From Chloroflexota bacterium (lineage in GTDB: Bacteria; Chloroflexota; Dormibacteria; Dormibacterales; Dormibacteraceae), in contig VBHB01000081.1 in assembly GCA_005880315.1 (NCBI GenBank), positions 1,616 to 65,615 on the forward strand: 64,000 nt of DNA. Direction: 5' to 3'. The position numbers were made by a program, and so were the translations under genes. Shown piece after piece: positions 54,634-64,000 of the stretch (positions are counted from its first letter, which is position 1; every line of letters starts with the position of its first letter). The notes below the pieces were generated by a model. That model saw nothing but the letters and a program-made list of their open reading frames with translations, made no database searches and was not told the DNA's origin.

Positions 54634-56847
54634 GTGGCCTGGCAAACTTCCCCCGCCGATGTTGGTCAGGGCCTGCAGACGATGAGGACCGCCCCCGGCG
54701 GCTCTTCCCCCAATGCCCTGGTCGTCTCTGTGTGGCGCCGCGCCCTCACTCGCGAATGGAGGCGGTTCGCGGTGGCCGCGGCCCTAGTGGCGATCGTGTG
54801 TGCGGCCTTCCTGGTCTGGCAGATCTTTCGCTTCGGCGGCGAGCAGACCACGATCGCGATCGACGACATCGGCGAGGCCGTCGCCGCCGGCATCGCCGCG
54901 GTGAGCCTGGCGGTGGCCGCCGTGCGTTCCAGGGGTCGAACGCGCACGGCGTGGGCGCTTTTAGGAGCCGGCGCGGCCACCTGGTGCATCGGCGAGGCGA
55001 TCTGGTCCTGGTACGAGGTATTACAGGGGGTGAACGTCCCCTTCCCCTCTGCCGCAGACGCGGGTTTCCTGCTCGAGATCCCACTCGCTGTCGCCGGCGT
55101 CCTTGCCTTCACGACGGCGCCCACCCGTCTGGCTACCCGCGGAGAGGCCATTCTGGCCGGCGCGATCGTTGCGCTGTCGCTCCTGTTCATCGCCTGGGCA
55201 CTCGGCCTGCGTACGGTTTACGAGCAGTCGCAACAGTCCCAGCAGGCGACCTTTATCGGACTGGCCTACCCGATAGGAGACATCCTCATCATCACTGTCC
55301 TGATCATCGCGCTGCGCCGCGCAAGCAGGGCGCAAGTCGGCCGGATGCTGCTCCTGATCGGCGGGCTGACAGCAATCGCCGTGGCGGACAGCACGTTCAC
55401 ATATCTCACCGCCAACGGCTCATACGGCGCGATCGGGAGCATCCTGGACATCGGGTGGGTCATCGGCTTCCTCTTGATCGCGCTCGCGCCGCTGTGGCCG
55501 GCGCCGGTCGTCGAACGCCAACCCGAAGAAGGAGCGATCACTCTCTGGCAGCTGGCTCTGCCCTGGGCCGCAACGCTCTGCGCCGCGGCGGTGGCGCTGG
55601 GAATCGCGTCCGCGAGTCGTGGCCTGGACCAGTTCCTGACCGCCCTGGCCGGGGGCATCGGTGTGCTGTTCGTCGCCAACCAGGTCCTCACCCATCGAGA
55701 TTCGCTCGACATGCTCGGGAAGAGCCGTCAAGCGGAGGTGCAGCTCGAAGCCCGCACGGCGCTTCTGAACCAGGTGATCGTCCAGGCTCCCCTCGGCATC
55801 GCGCGCGTCGGCGTGGACATGAAGATCATCGACGCCAACCCTCGCCTGGCGGTGCTCCTGCACACCAAGCCGTCCGACATGATCGGGCACTCCGTCGGGC
55901 GGTTCCTGCCACTCGACGAGATGGAGCGCGTGGTCAGGACTTTTCAGCCGTTGTGGAGTGGCGCCGTGGACACGATCGAATCGGACAGCCACGCGCTGCG
56001 AGCGGACGGGACCGCGACGTGGCTGCACTGGAGCGCGTCCTCGGTCAAAAGACCCGGCGGCCGCATCGACTTCTTCCTCGCGATGTTCGAGGATGCGACC
56101 GCCGAGCACACGGCTCAGGAAGCGGCGATGGCCAACCTCGCGGGTCTGGAGCGACTGAGCCAGCTGAAGAGTGAGTTCGTTTCGCTGGTCAGCCATGAAT
56201 TTCGTACCGCGCTGGTCGGCATCCAGGGTTTCAGCGAGATGATCCGAGACCAGGACCTGTCGCCGGGCGAAGCCAAGGCGTTCGCCGGAGACATCAACAA
56301 CGACGCTCTCCGCTTGAACCGCATGATCACCGAGATGCTCGACCTCGATCGCATCGAGGCGGGACGCATGACTCTCAACATCGCACCCGTGGACCTCAAC
56401 AGCATCCTGGGCGAAGCGGTAGAACGCGCCCGAGCGTCGAGTCCGAAGCACACGATCGTCTGCGGGCTGGATGCTTCGGTGCCTGCGGTGCGCGGCGACT
56501 CTGACCGATTGTTCCAGGTCGTGTCCAATCTGCTCAGCAACGCCGTCAAATACTCGCCCGACGGTGGCGAGGTGCTCGTCACCAGCCAGGTGCAGGACGG
56601 CATGGCGCGGGTCGACGTGCGCGACCACGGCCTCGGCATCCCACCCGAGTTCGTCAAGAAGCTGTTCAGCCGCTATGAGCGCTTCGAAGACAAGAACAAG
56701 GCCAAGATCATCGGCACAGGCCTCGGCCTGGCGATCACGCGCCAGATCGTGGAGATGCACGGCGGGAAGATCTGGGTCGACAGCACTGTCGGGGCTGGTT
56801 CGGAGTTCCACTTCACGGTCCCGGTCGCGACGCCGGCGGGCTCATGA
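54634..56847 (+). CDS. Sensor histidine kinase (7-8 TM N-terminal domain, PAS, HisKA, HATPase_c)
   Basis: H-box SHEFRTALVGIQGF, then N, G1 and G2 boxes. A PAS-like segment precedes them. Confidence 0.9.
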   Translation: MAWQTSPADVGQGLQTMRTAPGGSSPNALVVSVWRRALTREWRRFAVAAALVAIVCAAFLVWQIFRFGGEQTTIAIDDIGEAVAAGIAAVSLAVAAVRSRGRTRTAWALLGAGAATWCIGEAIWSWYEVLQGVNVPFPSAADAGFLLEIPLAVAGVLAFTTAPTRLATRGEAILAGAIVALSLLFIAWALGLRTVYEQSQQSQQATFIGLAYPIGDILIITVLIIALRRASRAQVGRMLLLIGGLTAIAVADSTFTYLTANGSYGAIGSILDIGWVIGFLLIALAPLWPAPVVERQPEEGAITLWQLALPWAATLCAAAVALGIASASRGLDQFLTALAGGIGVLFVANQVLTHRDSLDMLGKSRQAEVQLEARTALLNQVIVQAPLGIARVGVDMKIIDANPRLAVLLHTKPSDMIGHSVGRFLPLDEMERVVRTFQPLWSGAVDTIESDSHALRADGTATWLHWSASSVKRPGGRIDFFLAMFEDATAEHTAQEAAMANLAGLERLSQLKSEFVSLVSHEFRTALVGIQGFSEMIRDQDLSPGEAKAFAGDINNDALRLNRMITEMLDLDRIEAGRMTLNIAPVDLNSILGEAVERARASSPKHTIVCGLDASVPAVRGDSDRLFQVVSNLLSNAVKYSPDGGEVLVTSQVQDGMARVDVRDHGLGIPPEFVKKLFSRYERFEDKNKAKIIGTGLGLAITRQIVEMHGGKIWVDSTVGAGSEFHFTVPVATPAGS

Positions 56848-57284
56848 GCGGGCGGATTCTAATCGTCGACGACGAGCCGGCGAACGGAATTCTCCTGGAG
56901 ACCATCCTCGCGGACGTAGGCGACGAGATCCGCACCATCACGGATTCGCGGCAGGTCGAGGAAGTGTTCGTGGCGTTCGAGCCGGACATCGTCCTTCTCG
57001 ACCTGCACATGCCCGAACCTGACGGGCTCGAGGTGCTGCGGCGGCTTCGCAGCGCGCGCCAAAGCCTCGGCTTCCTCCCGGTGATCATGCTCACCGGCGA
57101 CACGGGTAAAGTCGCCCGAAACAGCGCCCTGATCCTCGGAGCCGATGACTTCCTGACCAAGCCGCTCGATCGTGAAGAGGTCGTGCTGCGTGTGCGCAAC
57201 CTGCTGCACACCCGTCAGCTTTACGCCGACCTGGCCAGGGCCAACGCCGCGCTCGAAATGACTCGCGGCTCCCACCCCGACTAA
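56844..57284 (+). CDS. Single-domain response regulator
   Basis: ILIVDDEPANG...IVLLDLHMPEPDG...TKP. Its start overlaps the kinase stop. Confidence 0.9.
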   Translation: MSGRILIVDDEPANGILLETILADVGDEIRTITDSRQVEEVFVAFEPDIVLLDLHMPEPDGLEVLRRLRSARQSLGFLPVIMLTGDTGKVARNSALILGADDFLTKPLDREEVVLRVRNLLHTRQLYADLARANAALEMTRGSHPD

Positions 57285-57661
57285 GCGAAGACGGCGCGCG
57301 TCCTTCGTCCCCACAGCAGCCAGATCACCGCGCCCGGCAGCACCAGGTTGGTGATCAGGGCGACGGGCCCGTGGTTGGCGCCGATCGGAAGTAGGAACAG
57401 CAGCGCCGACCCCGCGATGCAGAGGGCCTCGAGCCAGATGGCGACACGGCGGGCCCATCGGCGGCGCCACAGAATTCCGATTCCGACCAGGCACACGAAC
57501 AGCGCCAGCAGCAAAGTGGCCAGCCCGAGTCCGAGCATGTGGATCTCGCCGCCCAGTGCAAAAGGAAGGGCGGAAAGGCCGGCCACCGTCCAGAGGACGG
57601 CCTGCACCAGGAGCAGCACATAGGCGATCTCGGGCCGGCTTGTCGAGCTGGGCGTGATCAT
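57281..57661 (-). CDS. Four-TM membrane protein, unknown function
   Basis: ATG at 57661 (TGATG overlap with the upstream stop). 126 aa, hydrophobic. Confidence 0.6.
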   Translation of the reverse strand: MITPSSTSRPEIAYVLLLVQAVLWTVAGLSALPFALGGEIHMLGLGLATLLLALFVCLVGIGILWRRRWARRVAIWLEALCIAGSALLFLLPIGANHGPVALITNLVLPGAVIWLLWGRRTRAVFA

Positions 57662-58743
57662 CACGTGCGATCCAGGGCCGCCACCACCGACGGATCGATG
57701 TCGACACCGAACGGACCACCGTGCGGGTTGTCGACGATCCAGACGTGAAGCATGGGCGGCGCGCTGATGTCGATGGCGCCGATCGGGCAGGTCGCATACG
57801 GCGTCATGAGGCTGAACTCGAAGCCGAACGGTGTGAAGCAGATGTTTTCGTGCTGGTGCCACGCCGTCATCGGACCGCCAGGGTCGGGGCCGAATCGGTT
57901 CAGGCTCTTCATCTGAAACATCGCGCCGAGCAGGACCGGACCGTGATGAGTGTTGGCGTAGACGAGGCCCTGCGGCCGGTGCGGATCCATCACGTAGCCC
58001 GCATCCACATAGCGCTGGTTCATCCAGTGGGTCGACGGCAGCGACGTTGAGCCGCCCGGGCGGTATCCGGCCGCCCAGGCCTGCCGCCAATCCTGATAGG
58101 GAGTGATGGCGGTCTTCGTCTCCGCATACAGACGGTTGGCGGCATCGACCTGGGCCGGGGTCGGGATTGTGTTCGTCGCCTGAAGCAGCGCGCCGGCGTG
58201 GACATGCCGCGCATCCGGCCGAGCCAGGTCGACGATCCAAACCGTCGCGCCGCTGATGACGATCAATAGAGGCATCGCGACGCCGATGGCCGCGTGGCGC
58301 CACCCGCGGTGGGCCGCGTGCTCGCCGCGCACAGGCACCAGCACGAGACCCAGTGCCGTTACCTCGACGAGCTTGGTGGCGATGCCGACCTGGTCGGGGC
58401 CTTCGAGGCCGATCCCCACATAGATGAGGTATCCGAGCACGGTGGCGATGAGGAGTGCGGACGACGAGAGCCGCCACCAACGCCAGGTGAACGACGCGGC
58501 GAGAGTGATGAATGCGACGCCGTTGAGCAGGAACAGGGCGGACGTGAACGGTTCGCTGTCGAGGTGGTCCGGGATGAGCGCGAGGTGGACTCCCCCGGTA
58601 ATGGCCATCAAGACGGCCGCCGCCTGCACCGTGCCAGGCACCGACCGCCGGCGCGGATGGAACCGCAGGCCGACGAGTGCGAGCGGCAGGGCGATCAGCC
58701 CCCCAATGAGTCCGATGGCGTGCGAGGCGCTGACCGAGTACAT
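57661..58743 (-). CDS. Membrane protein with a His/Trp-rich extracytoplasmic C-terminal domain, unknown function
   Basis: ATG at 58743. The 111 upstream codons of the track ORF overlap the kinase and were rejected. 5-6 TM helices, then about 190 aa containing HWMN, WHQHEN and HVW. Confidence 0.6.
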   Translation of the reverse strand: MYSVSASHAIGLIGGLIALPLALVGLRFHPRRRSVPGTVQAAAVLMAITGGVHLALIPDHLDSEPFTSALFLLNGVAFITLAASFTWRWWRLSSSALLIATVLGYLIYVGIGLEGPDQVGIATKLVEVTALGLVLVPVRGEHAAHRGWRHAAIGVAMPLLIVISGATVWIVDLARPDARHVHAGALLQATNTIPTPAQVDAANRLYAETKTAITPYQDWRQAWAAGYRPGGSTSLPSTHWMNQRYVDAGYVMDPHRPQGLVYANTHHGPVLLGAMFQMKSLNRFGPDPGGPMTAWHQHENICFTPFGFEFSLMTPYATCPIGAIDISAPPMLHVWIVDNPHGGPFGVDIDPSVVAALDRT

Positions 58744-58765
58744 GCACTGAGATTGGTGCGCGCGC

Positions 58766-60133
58766 TTAAGAACGGCGTAAGAGCGGAAGGTCCACGTAGA
58801 TGCCGGCGCCGCCCCCCTTGCCGCTGCCGGCGAAGATGCGGCCGCCGTGCTGCTCGGTGATCCAGCGTGCGATCGAGAGGCCGAGCCCCGCGCCGTGCCC
58901 GCCGGGCACCGTTTCGGATGTGGCCCGCGCGGCGTCCGCTTTGTAAAAGCGTTCGAATACCCGCTCTCGATCCGCGACAGCGATGCCGGGGCCGTCGTCG
59001 CCGACAATGAGCCGCGCCCAGCCGGAATCGACCTCGAGGTCGACAGTGATCGTCGAGCGCGCGTAGCGGAGCGCATTGTCGAGCAGGATCCAAAGGAGCT
59101 CGCGCAGAGCGTCCTCGTCGCCGGCGACGGCAGCGTCGACCGTGCTCACCTCGAACTTCATGTCCGGGTGCACCGCCGCGGCCTGACGTGTCACATCACC
59201 GACCGTGGAGCGGAGGTCGAGCGGCGCTAGATCGAGACGAAGCCCGGCGTCGGCGCGCGCGAGCGTGAGCATGCGATCGACCAGCCTGCCCATGCGCTCG
59301 CTTTCCGCCGCAATATCGCTGGCGGCCGCGCGACGCACTGGCTCCGCGATCGCCGGGCCGTGCGCGAGCAGGCCGGCATTGCCGAGGATCGTCGCCAGCG
59401 GTGTGCGCAGCTCGTGCGAAGCGTCGGCAACGAATCGCCGCTGCGATTCGAACGAATCCTGGAGCTGGCTCAACATCCGGTTGAAGCTGGCCGAGAGCAC
59501 GGCCACCTCATCCCGGCTGCGCGACGTGGGCAATCGTCTCGCGAAGTCCCGCGTTCGGCCGATGTCATCGGCGGCGACGGCGACCAACTTGAGCGGCCTC
59601 AGGGCTCGGCCCGCGACGAGCCATGAAGCGGCTAGCGCGGCGAGGAGCGTGGGGATGCCGGAGATGACCAGGAAGCCGACGATGCCCGACAGGTTGGACT
59701 GGGGCACCTTGGTGGACTGGCCGGTCACCACGTAGCCGTGGGCGAACTGGACGCCGAAATATCGAAAACCGCCATCGGTGTCGAAATAGCCACCGAAGAC
59801 TTCTGGGACCGCAACCCGCAGCCTCGCCGAGGGCATCGGCGGAGCGCCGTTCAATTCGGCGGTCGAATAGACGACGGTCCAACCGGGGTCGAACACTTCG
59901 ACGAAGACGTCGCCGCTCGAGCGCAGGTCGGCGGGGGCAATCGGTGCACGTGCCGTCAGCGCGGGCGAGGCACTGAGAGCAGCCAGGGCTTCGTGCGCCC
60001 GCGAGCGAAGCGCGTCGTCCTGGTTGCTGTTCACGCTGCGAGAGACCAGGGCGTAGAGGAGGCTGCCGAAGATCACCAATGTCAGGGCCACCACAGCCAC
60101 GCCGAAGAGCGCCAGGCGCAAGCGAAGGGGCAC
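58766..60133 (-). CDS. Sensor histidine kinase (2 TM, HAMP, HisKA, HATPase_c)
   Basis: H-box SHELRTPLATILGN. GGHGAGLGLSIA G2 box. Confidence 0.9.
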   Translation of the reverse strand: MPLRLRLALFGVAVVALTLVIFGSLLYALVSRSVNSNQDDALRSRAHEALAALSASPALTARAPIAPADLRSSGDVFVEVFDPGWTVVYSTAELNGAPPMPSARLRVAVPEVFGGYFDTDGGFRYFGVQFAHGYVVTGQSTKVPQSNLSGIVGFLVISGIPTLLAALAASWLVAGRALRPLKLVAVAADDIGRTRDFARRLPTSRSRDEVAVLSASFNRMLSQLQDSFESQRRFVADASHELRTPLATILGNAGLLAHGPAIAEPVRRAAASDIAAESERMGRLVDRMLTLARADAGLRLDLAPLDLRSTVGDVTRQAAAVHPDMKFEVSTVDAAVAGDEDALRELLWILLDNALRYARSTITVDLEVDSGWARLIVGDDGPGIAVADRERVFERFYKADAARATSETVPGGHGAGLGLSIARWITEQHGGRIFAGSGKGGGAGIYVDLPLLRRS

Positions 60134-60813
60134 TAACCCTCCCGGAGGGCGTAGCCGGTACCGCGCACTGTGTGGATCAGCCGCGTCGCGCCGGTGTCTT
60201 CCAGCTTCTGGCGTAGGTAGCCGACATAGACCGCCACGACGTTGTCGCTCTCGGGCTCGCCTGCCCAGACGGCCTCCAGCAGCTGCTCGCGGGTGAGCAC
60301 CTGGCGTGGATGGCGCAGGAAATGCTCGAGCAGCGCGAACTCGGTTTGCGTGAGGGCGAGCGGCCGCGAGCCTCTCCAGGCGCCCCGGCTCGATGGTTCC
60401 AGCACGAGATCCGCGAAGCGAAGATGGTCGGACGGACCCGCGCGCCGCAGCAGGGCGCGTACTCGCGCGAGCAGCTCCTGGTAGGCGAAAGGCTTGACCA
60501 GATAGTCGTCAGCGCCGGAATCCAGACCTCGCACCCGTTCCTCGGTCCCGCCCAACGCGGTCAGCAGCAGGATCGGAAACTGGGCCGTCGCGCGCAGGCG
60601 GCGGCACACGCCGATCCCATCGAGACCGGGAAGCATGATGTCGAGGATCACGAGGCCGGGCGGCCGCTCGCGGGCGCTGCGAAGGGCCTCCAATCCATCC
60701 TCCGCCAACATCACCTCATGGCCCTCGGCGGTGAGCACGCGCTCGAGCGTCGCGGCGAGCCGGGCGTCGTCCTCGACGACCAGGATCAGAGAGGTTGTCA
60801 CGGCCACAGACAT
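60133..60813 (-). CDS. OmpR/PhoB-family response regulator
   Basis: ILVVEDD...LVILDIMLPGLDG... plus winged-helix LTQTEFALLEHFLRHPRQVLTREQLL...VYVGYLRQKL. Confidence 0.9.
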   Translation of the reverse strand: MSVAVTTSLILVVEDDARLAATLERVLTAEGHEVMLAEDGLEALRSARERPPGLVILDIMLPGLDGIGVCRRLRATAQFPILLLTALGGTEERVRGLDSGADDYLVKPFAYQELLARVRALLRRAGPSDHLRFADLVLEPSSRGAWRGSRPLALTQTEFALLEHFLRHPRQVLTREQLLEAVWAGEPESDNVVAVYVGYLRQKLEDTGATRLIHTVRGTGYALREG

Positions 60814-60886
60814 ATAAGAGTGGCTTGAGGATTCCATAAGAGTGTGAAACGGTGGCAGATTTCGCGTTGGTCCTTCGGGGAGGCTT

Positions 60887-62059
60887 TCAGCGCGCCTGGG
60901 CCTGGAGCTGCCCCCGATGCGAAGCGCGACTACCGACCGCGAGCGCCGCCACCAGCGCGGCGAGCACCGAGGCGATCGCGTACGTGACGAACGCGGCCTG
61001 GATGCCCGCCAGCGACCACGCGATGCCGCCGAGGATCGGTCCGATGGTCACGCCGATGTTCTCGAACTCACCAAAGAGGCCCATCACCAAGGCGTGCCGC
61101 CGGCGAGGCGACGACTCAGAGATCCAGGCGGTCGCCGCGGGCCAGAGGAGCGACCCCCCGATCGCTCGCAGCGCGGCGCCTGCGATAACCGCGACGAACG
61201 TACCCGCGATGGCATAGACGACGAAGCCGGCTGCGGCGATGATGCCGCCCGCGACCATCGTCGACCGGCGCCCCCAGCGATCCGAGGCCAGCCCGCCGGG
61301 GACTAGGAGGAGTCCTCCGAGCATGCCAAGGACGAACACCGCGGTGCCGGCGGTGGACGCCGAGAGGTTCAGGTGCGACGTGACGAGCAGCGGCAGGAGT
61401 GCAAGCTCGCCGCCGAGCCCGATCTGGAACAGCAGGACGATCGAGGCCGTCACAACCATCACGCGGATCACACCGACCCCGTTCGACGTGGCGCCGTTTT
61501 CGACCTCCTCCGCTGCTGATGTCCCGATCCGCGTCTCGGTGTAACCGCGGAAGACGAGAACCTCCAGCGCCGCGGTCACGGCAGGAAGCAACGAAGCGAT
61601 GTAGAGCACGGTGCGGATGGGCATGTGATCGATCAGCAGCCCTCCGGCCGCGGCGCCGATCGCCTCTCCGATCACCCACTGCGCTGAAAGCAGAGCCAGG
61701 CCGGTCCCCTGGAACCGCGCCGGCAGGGTGGTGCCCAGGAACGAGCGTCCGATCGGTCCGACGGCAACCATCATTCCCGACGCCAGCAGGTAGGCGACGG
61801 CGATCAGGACGACCGAGTCGGCCCGCGCCAGCAGCAGGATGCCGGCCGCGTAAAGGAGCAGCGAGGCCAGCAGCGGCCCGCGGTACCCAAACTTGTCGGC
61901 GAGCACACCCCAAACCCATTCGAAGAGGAACATGCCAAGGCCGAACATCGAGAGGGTGATGCCGATCTGGCCTGGGTTGGCATGCAGCTGGCGCAGCTCG
62001 AGCGGAATCGCAATCAGGGTCATGCCAGTCGCCACCGTCGACGGGAACAGCGCGCCCAC
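60887..62059 (-). CDS. MFS transporter
   Basis: 12-TM pattern with LADKFGYRG and SDRWGRR loops. Confidence 0.85.
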   Translation of the reverse strand: MGALFPSTVATGMTLIAIPLELRQLHANPGQIGITLSMFGLGMFLFEWVWGVLADKFGYRGPLLASLLLYAAGILLLARADSVVLIAVAYLLASGMMVAVGPIGRSFLGTTLPARFQGTGLALLSAQWVIGEAIGAAAGGLLIDHMPIRTVLYIASLLPAVTAALEVLVFRGYTETRIGTSAAEEVENGATSNGVGVIRVMVVTASIVLLFQIGLGGELALLPLLVTSHLNLSASTAGTAVFVLGMLGGLLLVPGGLASDRWGRRSTMVAGGIIAAAGFVVYAIAGTFVAVIAGAALRAIGGSLLWPAATAWISESSPRRRHALVMGLFGEFENIGVTIGPILGGIAWSLAGIQAAFVTYAIASVLAALVAALAVGSRASHRGQLQAQAR

Positions 62060-62108
62060 GAGTGCGCCGCTTCGGCTGCCTAACAGCGTCGCGAAAACGG
62101 TCGGCGCC

Positions 62109-62987
62109 CTAACCCGCTTCGTACTCCAGCTCGACCAGCGTCACACTCTTGCGGGTCACGAGGTTGCCCTTCAACGGTGACAGGTAGGTGCCTGAGGTCG
62201 GCGCCACATCTCCATAGTCACCGCCGACGGCGACCGTCACATAGTCGAGCCCGCCCTGGCTCGCGCGGGTGGGGTCGAAGGGCCAGGCGATTGCGTCGCC
62301 GGTGCCGTCGTTGGTCGGCAGCACCACCTCGACCCAGGCATGCGTTCCACCCTGCCCGAGCAGGTGGCCGGAAACGTAGCGGGCGGGCAGTCCGCAGGTG
62401 CGGCAGAGGGCGAGCATGACGTGAGCGTAATCCTGGCAAACGCCGGCGCCGTACGCGAGGGCTTCGGCCGCGGTCGTCCGCACGCCGGTCACGCCGTACC
62501 GGTAGGTCATCGAATGGTGGACCCACTCATTGATGCGGCCGGCCAGCTCCAGGCCCCATCGGGACGATGCTCCGAGCTCGTCGGCGGCGCGGCGCAGCCG
62601 ATCGTCGGCGATGGTCAAAGCGGAAGGTTCGAGCAGGTAGCCGTCGGCAAGCCAACCGTCCGCCAGTCGGTGAGGCTCCTTCGTTCTTCGCTCAACTGAG
62701 ACGCGAAGGTCGAACTCGATCGCCGACGGGACCCGCGGCGCGAAGACGTTCACGACGACGTTGCCGAAGCGATCACGCCTGTCCTCGAGCTTGACGCCAT
62801 CGAGGCCGACCGCAAGCTCATGCCGGAGCCGGCGCTGGTCCCCGAACCGCTCCGGTGGGATGACGACGAGCCGGTGGCTCAGGTCGCGGATCGGCCCCGG
62901 GTACTCGTAACGGAAGCTCTGGGTGACGGAGTAGGTGGCGCGGCGAGCGGCCGGCCAGTTGACCGAGGCGACATCGACCGCCATCAC
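62109..62987 (-). CDS. Transglutaminase-family protein (Bact_transglu_N plus transglutaminase core)
   Basis: GVCQDYAHVMLALCRTCGLPARYVSGH...THAWVEV. Confidence 0.85.
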   Translation of the reverse strand: MMAVDVASVNWPAARRATYSVTQSFRYEYPGPIRDLSHRLVVIPPERFGDQRRLRHELAVGLDGVKLEDRRDRFGNVVVNVFAPRVPSAIEFDLRVSVERRTKEPHRLADGWLADGYLLEPSALTIADDRLRRAADELGASSRWGLELAGRINEWVHHSMTYRYGVTGVRTTAAEALAYGAGVCQDYAHVMLALCRTCGLPARYVSGHLLGQGGTHAWVEVVLPTNDGTGDAIAWPFDPTRASQGGLDYVTVAVGGDYGDVAPTSGTYLSPLKGNLVTRKSVTLVELEYEAG

Positions 62988-63793
62988 GCCGCCTCATCGA
63001 TGTCAGCCCAGACGGTCATCGAGCGGAACTCGGCGGGTCCGAACGTGGTCAGCATGGCGACGTCCAGGGCGTCGCGCCCGCGGCCGATGAGCACCCGACC
63101 CACGCGCCTGGCATTGTTGCGGGGGTCGAACGTCCACCAGCGGTCGCCAAGCCACACTTCCATCCACGCCGCGAAGTCCATCGGTTCGGGCGGCGCCGGA
63201 ACATAGATGTCGGGCAGGTAGCCGAACACATAGCGCGCCGGTATGTTCATCGCTCGGCAGAACGATACGGCCAGGTGCGCGAAGTCGCGACACACTCCGA
63301 CCCGATTGTTGAAAACGTCCAGCGCGGTCGTCCGCGGACTGCTCGTGCCGTACTGGAACCTGATGTTGTCATGCACCCAGTCGCAGATCGCCTGCACGCG
63401 GGCCCAGCCCGGCTCGGTCTGGCCGAACAGCTCCCAGGCGGCGCTCATCAGCTCGTCTGAGAGGCAGTAGCGGCTTGGCAGAGTGAAATGAAGGAGGTCG
63501 CCGGGGATCTCCTCGACCGGCTGCTGCCCGATGCCTGAACCATCCGGGTCGGGCTCATCCGGGACGAGGCACCGGGCGTCGTAGCGGAGGGTCAGCGCGC
63601 CCGCCGGCACGGCCAGCCGTTTCACCGGGTTCCCATACATGTCCACGTACTCGTCGACGGGCAGCTGGGGCGCCGTCCGCCATGTCTCTGTGACCAGCCG
63701 GTGCCGCGCGTCCGAGCGGGGGCGTACCTGGACCGTCATTGTGGCCGGCGCGGTCACTTCGTATTTGAACTCGCAGCCAACCCGGAGCTTGAT
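62984..63793 (-). CDS. Transglutaminase-family protein (second type), start uncertain
   Basis: VGVCRDFAHLAVSFCRAMNIPARYVFGY...DFAAWMEVW. The family-like N-terminus KLRVGCEFKYEV begins near 63793. The track start (63982) would overlap the divergent ATP-grasp gene. Confidence 0.75.
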   Translation of the reverse strand: MKLRVGCEFKYEVTAPATMTVQVRPRSDARHRLVTETWRTAPQLPVDEYVDMYGNPVKRLAVPAGALTLRYDARCLVPDEPDPDGSGIGQQPVEEIPGDLLHFTLPSRYCLSDELMSAAWELFGQTEPGWARVQAICDWVHDNIRFQYGTSSPRTTALDVFNNRVGVCRDFAHLAVSFCRAMNIPARYVFGYLPDIYVPAPPEPMDFAAWMEVWLGDRWWTFDPRNNARRVGRVLIGRGRDALDVAMLTTFGPAEFRSMTVWADIDEAA

Positions 63794-63832
63794 CGTCTTC
63801 CCTGTAGTCGAGATGGCGCAGACACTATAGCG

Positions 63833-64000
63833 GTGGCCTCCACGAAATCCCTTGGCGCCGGCTACCAGCTCAACGGCTTCTATGACGAGATGCTTGCGGC
63901 ACCGGGCCGTCCGCGGCCCTCCTACCGCCGACTCTACGAGCACCTCGAGCGGCTCGGCCCGGCCGAGCTGGAGCGCCGCCATGGGCTCGCCCTGCAGATG
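63833..64000 (+). CDS. Circularly permuted type-2 ATP-grasp protein, N-terminal fragment (continues beyond the window)
   Basis: My own translation from GTG at 63833 gives (M)ASTKSLGAGYQLNGFYDEMLAAPGRPRPSYRRLYEHLERLGPAELERRHGLALQM. This is the typical N-terminus of the family usually linked to transglutaminase genes. Confidence 0.7.
   Translation, partial: MASTKSLGAGYQLNGFYDEMLAAPGRPRPSYRRLYEHLERLGPAELERRHGLALQM

Noticed and set aside
55420-56811. 463-aa minus-strand ORF (plus the 480-aa plus-strand frame at 54732..56174)
   Set aside because: One is antisense and the other out of frame with respect to the PAS histidine kinase (54634..56847). Neither has recognisable domains.

Overview
This is a visibly high-GC, gene-dense chromosomal segment. 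I support about 80 protein-coding genes, usually with GGAGG-type ribosome-binding sites and many 1-4 nt stop/start overlaps (ATGA, GTGA). I found no rRNA, tRNA, CRISPR array, transposase or integrase by eye. Gene content looks actinobacterium-like: HadAB-type dehydratase pair, R2lox, RskA-type anti-sigma with ECF sigma, DUF3052, DUF3618 and holin-X. A related terrabacterial lineage cannot be excluded without searches. All family names are recognised from motifs and memory, not from database hits.

Layout:
- 0-9.5 kb: lipid and central metabolism, a MoxR-DUF58-transglutaminase operon and a Hint-domain lipoprotein.
- 9.5-20 kb: mixed housekeeping genes and transporters, ending in a 2 x 264 bp tandem duplication.
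- 20-27.5 kb: Mo-oxidoreductase with a degenerate cupredoxin, USP with an M50 protease, a disrupted LCP gene, a TolB-like propeller and a patatin.
- 27.6-34 kb: a C2H2 mini-protein, ECF sigma with anti-sigma, a di-iron protein and a GT2-GtrA plus GT39 glycosylation pair.
- 34-47 kb: metabolism and a run of small or stress-type membrane proteins.
- 47.4-60.8 kb: a dense signalling island with 3 histidine kinases, 6 receiver proteins, HD-GYP, XRE-TPR and a ParA-like ATPase.
- 60.9-64 kb: MFS transporter, two transglutaminase-family genes and the start of a circularly permuted ATP-grasp gene.

The most novel-looking candidate is an unannotated, strongly RBS-preceded 31-aa exported peptide ending in HCC. 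It lies directly upstream of the XRE-HTH/TPR regulator, together with an 83-aa membrane protein and an AT-rich palindrome. This is an RRNPP-like quorum-sensing geometry at the head of the two-component / c-di-GMP operon.

Many long ORFs in the supplied track are high-GC antisense or out-of-frame artefacts and were rejected.
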